In this document: one piece after another, positions 55,211-64,000 of the stretch
Numbering within the stretch: the first letter of the stretch is position 1
Layout of the letters: every line of letters starts with the position of its first letter
NCBI RefSeq assembly: GCF_009914755.1
Contig: NC_060932.1
Strand: one strand, 5' to 3'
Source of the DNA: the human T2T-CHM13v2.0 reference genome, Homo sapiens
Length of the DNA stretch: 64,000 nt
The notes under the pieces: generated by a model
Told to the model about the DNA's origin: nothing
What the model saw: the letters and a program-made list of their open reading frames with translations, nothing else
The model's database searches: none
Position numbers and translations under genes: made by a program

Positions 55211-57415
55211 TTGCTACAATAAAAGTCAGCTAATTTTCTTACCTTATTAGAATTTTACATTTGAAAGTATTTACATGGCGTTAACTAACTAATCATCAAA
55301 CAGATGTTTGGTCAGAGATTCTGGTGACAACAAAGTTTCAGCAGATAGCAGGCAATGTTCAGCAGCCCTGACCTTCAGGAAAGTCAATATAACATGATCA
55401 TAGTTTTTAAGGCTATATAAAGTGTATGTAGGAGAGTGTTTTGCGATCACCAGCTCAGTGAGAAGAAAAGACTGGCATATCTTTCCAGTGTAACTTTATC
55501 AACCTAATAAGTCTCCTTAAAAAAACACAAGTGTTCGTACTTCCTCCGATTCATTTCTGGCGGGGAATAATAATTTCATGCATTAGTATGCCATGGAAAA
55601 AATGAGCTGGGAATTTTGTAATTTATCAAAAATACATATATTAGCACCTTCTTTTTAAAAACATGCTACACTGAATTTCATCTGGGTACATAGCATTTTT
55701 GTCTCCTGGAAAGAAAATGATCAATTATTAATATTCTCTGGTACTGGTTGTTTGTTTCTTGGAATCTGTTTGGTTCTTTGCAGAACTGGACTAATTTCAC
55801 AGATAGCTATTTTTCATCAAATTATATAAGGAATCATCATAATTGCTGATTTAAAGTATGGTTTTATTATTTCTCTTTGGTTCAATATTTCAAAATGGTT
55901 AAATGTACATTATTATCATTTCAAATCCTGCTTTAGAATGGAAATAGTAGTTTCCATGTTCATACATCCTGGATCCACGCACACAGCGTGCCATTCCACG
56001 GTCTGGTCTACAAACAGTTGTTGGTGATTTTTATATACAGTTTCTGTGCCTACTTCTTCTTGCCATATTGCTCTTTTCAGCTGATTAATTATTGCTTAGT
56101 CTCACTTTTTAATGTACATTCCATTTTTTTCCCCATAGGGGAGGTTATTTACCCTTTTTATCACATTTTCCCCATCTCTATCCATTCCTCACCTAGGCTT
56201 TCTCGCCATCCGAGGCTTGGCCCTAGCCCTGCGCGGCTTCCCTCGCGGCTGCGAACCCTCTGCCTGCGCCCAGCCCAGCCACAATGGGGACTGCTCAGGT
56301 ACAGTGTGATCTTGCTCTTGCTTCCTGTGTGTGTCCGTCTTGCGGTCCTTACCCAGCATTTGCTTACTTCCTGCTGTGATGGGTGCTCCACCCGGGGAGG
56401 GGCACAGGGGTGACGGGGGCCTGGCCAGGCTCAGGCTACCTGGAAGGAAACAGGCAGCCGGGTATGGTAAGGCCGGGGGTGAGTGTTCCTGGGGCAGAAG
56501 CAGGAGAGGCTGCGGACACTGTCCACAGCTTCAGCTGGATGTTTCTCTGTTCAAACAGAGCTGTGTTTAAAAACTTTTCATGCGCACAGTGTTTCTGCTG
56601 TTATCATTGGCAGTGGTGAGAGAATGTTGAGAAATTCGGGAGGCCTGACAGAGAGTAGGAGCAGGGCCACGTCACTGCGTGTGCTCCGAATGAATCTGTG
56701 CATTCACCAAGTGTACGTGTGACTGCAAACTGTCCCCAAATACTGCCAGAATGGAGCTTTTCAAATAGCAGTCTGAACTGTTTTCCAGTGGCTTTCAAAG
56801 AGCTTTCCTGTGGAAGCTGGTGGTGTGTGGGGAAGCAGGAGTGCATGTCCACAGGCCTGGGCGTGGTGAGATGGGACACAGCCTTCGGACAACAGCATCC
56901 TGGGGCTGTGGACGCCACAGTGACCACTGCTGGGTGCTTCAGGGACTGTCCAGAGGGCCATGCCCACCTCCTGCAGTCCCCAGACCCACAAAGAGCAGAT
57001 TGGAGAGGAGGGTTTTGTCAGTTTACCTGCCCCAGTGCCAGTGGGTGAAGCAAACAGTCACGGAGACGGCATTTCACGAGATTTGTCAAAGGGAAGAGAG
57101 GATTATTTCTTATTTCTTATTCCAGAGGTGCTTTGCACTGATGGAAAGGTCTAAATTTCAGGGGGGGCCATGTTGCTGCCACTGCCTGTCATCTCCTTCT
57201 GTTTCTTTCCTTCTTTTACGTCTCACTTGGTGGCAGCTTCACACGTTCTGGCTCAGAGTTCCGATACTTTCTCTACCCACTTGGTGGCCTCAGAAGATGG
57301 TGTTGACTTCAGGCTGCCAGACCAAGTTGCCACCTCAGGAACAGGCAGCTCTTGTTCTGGCATTTCGGGAGCTCTGTGTACAGCTTCTGAGGAGTTGTAA
57401 GGCGAGCTTGAATTC

Positions 57416-57442
57416 ATTATTATTATTATTATTATTATTATT
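57416..57442. repeat. (TTA)n microsatellite, ~9 units
   Basis: Direct reading. Confidence 0.9.
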
Positions 57443-58122
57443 GATATCTGCTTTCCCCCTGATCAGAAAAGACAGTTCACAGTACGCTTGTCAACTCTCC
57501 ATTGAAACTCCCTGTAACTAGCAAGGGGCAATTGCTTATTTGTACTGTGAATTAGTTAGGGTGCTTAATTGCAAAGAAAAGACTCACTCTGGTGTGTTTA
57601 AGCAGAAGATAACTTGTTAAAAAAGAAATCAGGCATCCCAGAGACCCTTGACTTCCGTCAGCTCCAGCAGCACGGGGCTCAGCAGGAGACCCCCAAGAGC
57701 TCTGCACAGACCCCTTCCTGGGACACGCACCCCAGCAGGGATGTGTGGGTGTCAGGATATAGCTGTGGCGCCTGCCTCCAGCTGCCAGAGATGTTGATCG
57801 AAATGTTTTTGTTGTTGATGTTTGTCGTCGTTTTGTCTTGCACTTTGGGAAGTGGTCATTCGCAGCACGGGGAGCTGTCAGAAGTGCAGGGAGGCCATTC
57901 GGGAGCCCGGGGCAGCCAGGACGGGGGAGGTCAAGAGTCTGCGGCCTGGGTCCATCCACCCGGGCTGTCCTCTCGTTCTCTTGTTGTGCGATGACAGTGG
58001 CAGCGCCCGTGACACACAGCTATCCCTTATACGATGGAACCCCACTTAGCTTTATCCCAAAGGGGAAGTTGCAATCACATTTGTCACGTCCCCTAACTCC
58101 GAAAGGATCCTGGGACAACATT

Positions 58123-58463
58123 TCTTCTTCTTTTTTTTCTTCTTCTTCCTCCTCTTCCTTTTTCCTTCTTCTTTCTTTCTTCTTCTTTTCTCCCTCTGTC
58201 ACTCAGGCTGGAATGCAGTGGTACCATCATGGCTCACTGCAGCCTCAACCTCCTGGGCTCAGGTGATCCTCCCATCTCAGCCTCCTGAGTAGCTGGGCCT
58301 ATAAGTACTTGCCACCATGCCTGGCTAATTTTTGTATTTTTTTGTAGAGATGGGGTTTTGCCATGTTGCCCAGGCTGGTCTTGCACTCCTGGGCTCAAGC
58401 AATGTCTTTGTCTCGGCGTCCCACAGTGCTGGGATTGCAGGTGTGAGCCCACCATGCCCGGGC
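58123..58463 (-). mobile_element. AluJ with (TTC)n-derived tail
   Basis: Two-arm old Alu; TSD acatt(t/c)cttcttcttt at ~58119 and ~58464. Confidence 0.93.
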
Positions 58464-59775
58464 ACATTCCTTCTTCTTTCTCTGGTTCAGCACAGCCCCT
58501 CTTGATTTAGATGCTGCCAGGGTTCCCTGCAGGAAATGAGGGAGCGCGTTGGCTTACTTTTCCTATATAAATATCTGCATGACACAGCAGTGTTACGGGC
58601 AGCTTTTATGGTTTGAGGACCCAGTATTCGTGACTCCTGTCCCCACCCCCACCTGTGTTCGCCTTGTCCTGGCCCCAGTCCTGGCTCCGGGAGCTTCCCC
58701 TCTGGTGAAGATGACTGCTGACCTCCTGGTGGTTCCGCCTGTTTGGGTTCACTGGGGTCACTGCCATCCTCTGCAAGCTTTGTCTGGTAAGTGTGGTAGT
58801 GCTAGCGATTCAGAGGACCCAGGATCCAGACATGCTGCCCTCATCAGCAGCAAAAGAAGCTCTCCTGCACCCCAGGGATGTGGTCACACCCACTTCCTTT
58901 CTGCCCACTGGTTTGGTGGCACAGGCAGCTCAGCCTCCAGCCGCAATTCACTGGAGCACCCCGCATTGTCCCCTGGCATCTCACTCCCTGAGGGGCCATG
59001 GAAGCCGCAGGGCATCAGGGGATAGGAGACAGAGATTTTGAGAGGGCCCGCCCCACCTCCGTGGCGGTCTTTGGAGCGATGTCTTCTGGCTGCAGGACAA
59101 GCAGCACCCTGTGTTGACTCCAGGTGCGAGTAAGATACGCACCACATCCTGCAGGAGCCGGCTTGAGAAATCCCCCAGAACTCACTGCAGACCCTGCCAG
59201 AGGAGGGCTCTTCCTCTGCCCTCACTGTCCCCAAAATGACCCCACAGAACCATCTGCAGGGTCTCTGCTACCGTACGGCTGTCAGGATACATACATGCCC
59301 TGGACGCCTGAGACCCACGTGCCTGTGGTTCAGCCACACAGCTGTTGGATCAGGTTGTGCTGTTAGATTCTACCTTGGGAGGGTGGAGCTTTCTGTGGGA
59401 AACTGTACACCTTTAGGATGAACAGGCACACAGTTAGGATTTGGGATCAGAGAGTTCTCTGTTGTGGGCTTTCCTGGGTGTGGAGGCTGTTCCACAGAAG
59501 CTGGCCTCTGCCCGGAGGCAGCCGCACTTCCTTCCAGCGGTGAGTGCCAGGCAGTCTTCAGCACCACCAAGTCCTGTGGGCAAAGCATTCCCCACCCACT
59601 GAGAAACTTTGTTAGCATGAAGTTCATCTTGTTCCCTTATTATCTCTAACGACATCATCCCTCTCATTCCAGATGTTGCTAATTTGGGTCTTCTCGCTGT
59701 TCTTCCTCTTCAGTCTGAAGTTTATCCATTTTATTGATTTTATCAATGAACCAGATTTTGGTCTCATTGATTTTC

Positions 59776-60419
59776 TTTTTTAAAAATTTTTAATTATTGT
59801 GGGTTCATATTAGGTGTATTTATTTATGGGCTACTTGGGATATTTTGATACAGGCATGCACTTCAAAATAATCACATCAGGATGAAAAAGGTATCTGTCA
59901 CCTCAAGCACTTATCTTTACTTTGTGTTATACACAATCAATTATACTCTTTTAGTTATTTTAGAACATACAAGAAGTTGTTGACTGTAGTCACCCTGATG
60001 TGGCATCAAATACTAGATTGTATTCATTCTATCTGACTATATTTTTATACGCATTAACCAGCCTTTCTTACCCTCCACTACCCTGGGAACCGTACTTCTT
60101 CTCTATTTGCATGAGTTCAGGGTTGTAATTTTTGCTCCCACAAATAATTGAGAACATGCTGTGTTTATCTTTCTGTGCCCAGCTTATTTCACATAACACA
60201 ATCAACTCCACTTCCATCAATATTGTTGCAAATGACAGGATCTCATTCTTTTTTATGGCTGCATAGTTCTCCACTGTGTATGTGCACCACATTTTCTTTA
60301 TCCATTTGTCTGTGGACGGACACTTAGGTGGATTCCAGATCTTGGCTGTTGTAAACAGAGCTGCAGTCAACATGGGCATGCAGATACCTCTTTGATGTCC
60401 TGATTTCCTTCCTTTTGGC
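59776..60419 (-). mobile_element. L1MA-type 3' end inserted into an older L1M (59640-60620)
   Basis: gatattttgatacaggcatgc...tcacctcaagca...atggctgcatagt...atgcagatacctctttga; flanking repeat ttggt(c/t)t(c/t)attgattttc at 59758-59775 and 60420-60437. Confidence 0.85.
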
Positions 60420-61100
60420 TTGGTTTTATTGATTTTCATTGTTGTGTTTATGTTCCCTGCTTCACTCATGTCTGTCTTGGTCTTTATTATTTCCTTCCTT
60501 TCATTCACTTTGGTTGTAATTTGCTCTTCTTTTTCAGGTTTTTTGAAGGTCAAAGCTGAGGTCAGCGATGTGAGACTTTTTCCCCACAGGCATTTAGTGT
60601 TACAGAATTTCCCTGTGAATTTTCACCTTTTTGGGTGCTGGGTATTTTGTGTTTCTGTGACATTCTTGGGAAGTAGTTGTTTTGCTGAGCAGAATTAGCT
60701 GGGAGCCCTGCCTTCTGCCTGTGGCTGCAGCCTGGTGTCTCGAGGGTCCCGCGCCCCCTCTCGCAGCCTTCTCTGCCCGTCTGTGCTTCACTCGGTCATG
60801 CTGACTTGTCTCTTCTGCTGCTCGAGGGACCTCAGTGCTGTGTTTCTTTGGTGGCCTACGTGTTCCTGTGTCCCAGCTACGTTTGGGATTTCTTCTTAGA
60901 CCTTTGTCATTTATGTGGATTTGAGGAAGGAGAGAGAAGCTTAGGGGTGTGCTCATTTTCCAGCCTCGCACCAGTCTTTCTCGTGAATGTTTTTGTAGAA
61001 ACATCCAGTCTTTCCATTCTCTCTCACTAGAGGAGGTGTTTCAGAACTACAGAAGGGCTTACCCCATATCCATGGAGATGTTTGCTGTTTCCCCTTATGG

Positions 61101-61290
61101 CAGTGGTTCTCAAATGGGGGCAGTTTTGTCCCCGGGGACATTTGGCAATATGGGGAGACATTTTTGGTCACACAGTTGGAGGGCGTTTACTTCCAGCATC
61201 TGATGGGTCATGGTGGGGGATGCCACAGAGCAGCCTACAGTGCCTGGACAGCGCCACAGCCAAGAATCATCCAGACCAAAATGCTGAAAA
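61101..61290. mobile_element. MER20 (hAT-Charlie)
   Basis: cagtggttctcaa...gggacatttggcaat...ggagacatttttggt...aagaatcatccagaccaaaatg. Confidence 0.85.
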
Positions 61291-61897
61291 AGGCTTCATT
61301 TGTATTACCTAACCTATAAAACTTAGGTATCTCCTGGAGTGTGAATAAGAAGGAGAAGGAGATAATATAACCTTGATATAGAACTGTTTGTCTTCAATGT
61401 GAGGATTTTTCATGGGTGTTCTTAGGGCATTGAATGGTAGCAGACTTGCATGCAAATTCATTTAAATGGATTATTTTTAAAATACACATTTGGACTTTCA
61501 GGAATAACAATCACATGTCTTTGAGACAACCCACTGAACTTACTCAAACGGTTATTTCAATGATATGATAGTTCAGTGTAAATAATTACGTGTATAACGC
61601 TTTCTTCAGTAATTATTGCAATTGCAATCTTCATGCAGAACTTAGAACAGTATTTACATTTCTGTTGTGCTTAGACAAGCATAAGAACGACTGCATTTTG
61701 ATATTTTGTCTCATTTGAAATAAGATAAATGATAGCATGAATTCTTAGCATTACTTCTGGGTCAACCCACAATAATTCTGAATGTAGAAATCTAATTTAT
61801 TTTGCAAAAGAAAATTCTCTTTTGTCCAGGTAACTGAATAGATCTATGTTGCTCAGAGACAAAGACTATGTGGAAAAGAAACTGAGGACACATTTAT

Positions 61898-62967
61898 TAT
61901 CGGGGGACCTGCCCCGATAATCACGTAGGTTCTTTTCTATTTTCCTAAGCGTCGGCTGGCTTGAGAAATAAAAGGACAGAGTACAAAAGAGAGAAATTTT
62001 AAAGCTGGGTGTCCGGGGGAGACATCACACATTGGTAGGATCCGTGATGCCCCACAAGCCACAAAAACCAGCAAGTCTTTATTAGGGATTTTCAAAAGGG
62101 GAGGGAGTATATGAATAGGTGTGGGTGACAGACATCAAGTACTTAACAGGGTAATAGAATATCACAAGGCAAGTGGAGGCAGGGCGAGATCACAGGACCA
62201 CAGGACCGAAGCGAAATTAAAATTGCTAATGAAGTTTTGGGCACCACTGTCATTGATAACATCTTATCAGGAGACAGGGTTTTGAGATCAACCAGTCTGA
62301 CCAAAATTTATTAGGCAGGAATTTCCTCTTCCTAATAAGCCTGGGAGCGCTATGGGAGACTGGAGTTTATTTCACCTCTGCAATCTCGACCATAAGAGAC
62401 AGGTACGCCCCGGGGGGGCCAGTTCAGAGACCTACCCCTAGGTGCACATTCTCTTTCTCAGGGACCTTCCATGCTGAGAAAAGGAATTCAGCGATATTTC
62501 TCCCATTTGCTTTTGAAAGAAGAGAAATATGGCTCTGTTCCGCCCAGCTCACCGGTGGTCAGAGTTTAAGGTTATCTCTCTTATTCCCTGAACAATTGCT
62601 GTCATCCTGTTCTTTTTTCAGGGTGCCCACATTTCATATTGCTCAAACACACATGCTGTACAATTTGTGCAGTTAATGCAATTATTACAGGGTCCTGAGA
62701 CGATATGCATCCTTCTCGGCTGACAGGATTAAGAGATTAAAGTAAAGACAGGCATAGGAAATCACAAGGGTACTGATTGGGGAAGTGATAAGTGTCCATG
62801 AAATCTTTACAATTTATGTTTAGAGACTGCAGTAAAGACAGGCATAAGAAATTACAAAAGTATTAATTTGGGGAACTAATGAATGTCCATAAAATCTTCA
62901 CAATCCACGTTCTTCTGCCATGGCTTCAGCCGGTCCCTCCGTTTGGGGTCCCTGACTTCCCACAACA
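61898..62967 (-). mobile_element. MER11 (MER11C-like) solo LTR of HERV-K11/HML-8
   Basis: - strand starts tgttgtgggaagtcagggaccccaaacggagggaccggctgaagccatggc and ends gcaggtcccccgata; 1070 bp; 6-bp TSD atttat at 61892-61897 and 62968-62973. Confidence 0.95.
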
Positions 62968-64000
62968 ATTTATTATTCTCAGGGTCTATATGTAATGGAT
63001 TCATGTTCCAAGAAGCAACTCTGTATTAAAACATATTATTTTTTATTTCTACTGGGTAATGAATCACTGGCTTTTAGTTAGGGTTTGGGAATGGCTTCTA
63101 ATTTTTTAAAGTGTGTTTAGCTTTGACAAACCTGATTTTTTTAAATTAAACCCATGAGTCCAATTTGGTTTCATTGTTTATGAGGCTAAACCAGGAGAAA
63201 TCCCTAGTGTTTTCTTCCATTTCTCCCTTAACTAGCAAGAACACTATGAGATAACTGACGTTGCCTGTTACATTGGTAAGGAATCCAGTTTCTAATGTTA
63301 CAAAATAAAGTGGAGGCAGAATGTGTAAAAATAATCAATATTTGCCTGGCTGTTGGAAACCAAGTTCTAGTTCAGATTTGTCAGTCTCTTTTCTGACCCT
63401 GATGAAGTTTGTTCCACCTGTCCCATTTCATCACCCATGAAGGTGACAAATGCCCCGAGGTCTCTCTGTTTCTCAAGGAAAGAGAACACTTGTCTTATTA
63501 CCAGGCCTTCTGGGTATGGGATGATGAATACCCATCGTGTTTATTTATAAGTAAAGAATTCTAAGTTTTTTTAGTTCAACAAGTTAGGAAATAAGTTTAT
63601 TATTTAAAAGTAAGTATACACATCATAAAGGTAAAAAGGACCTTCAATCTTATTCAGAGCTTTGCTTCTAGAAATCGTGAAAACTATAAATTATTTTGTC
63701 AGTTATTTCTTTTTTCAAACTATGTAAGCCATATGTCTTACCATAGAAAAATTAACAAACAAAATGAAGAAAAGTTGAAAGGTTCAGAGATGGTTGTTAT
63801 TGACATTTTGGTTTACTTTCCATATTTTCTATGTTCGTAGTCACATATAGGTTCATAATTTATATTAACGAAAATTGATATCTTGTGCCTATTATAATAA
63901 CTGCAGTATATTATGGTGCTTTCCTTGTCAATCAAATATTCAAAATGTGTTCATAGCCATGAGGTTCCCCATTACATGCGCACACCTCAGTTTATGTACC

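Noticed and set aside
61615-61628. 14-bp palindrome attgcaattgcaat
   Set aside because: AT-rich and explained by a short tandem duplication; no independent evidence of function.

Overview
Primate (hominid-type) nuclear genomic DNA with no recognisable host protein-coding exon. It reads as part of a very large intron, most likely of a gene transcribed on the + strand: the + strand is T/G-rich and about 12 of 15 Alus, the full-length L1 and the solo LTRs lie on the - strand. It is probably in a GC-rich distal or subtelomeric region. Main contents: (i) a full-length ~6.04 kb L1PA2-like LINE-1 (6982-13022, -) with a 12-bp TSD, inserted into an MLT1 LTR. Its ORF1, ORF2 and antisense ORF0 are all disrupted, but its 5' UTR/YY1 site is intact. 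(ii) Solo LTRs MER9 (27860-28367) and MER11C-like (61898-62967), both with 6-bp TSDs, plus MST/MLT fragments. (iii) About 15 Alus, MER33, MER82, MER20 and old L1M/L1PB pieces, often nested. (iv) Eight unrelated minisatellites (17-89 bp units) within 19-46 kb, plus a CpG-rich patch and several repeat-free AT-rich blocks carrying transcription-factor motifs. The long non-L1 ORFs in the track are explained by repeats. I cannot demonstrate a new biological system. The best leads are the VNTR cluster, whose units carry multiplied and variant-toggled AP-1, TEAD, PTB/NOVA and PRDM9 motifs; a minisatellite born inside MER82; an ERV LTR inserted into a minisatellite; and the L1 antisense promoter pointing along the inferred host strand. 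Repeat subfamily names come from recalled consensus sequences, not a database search.
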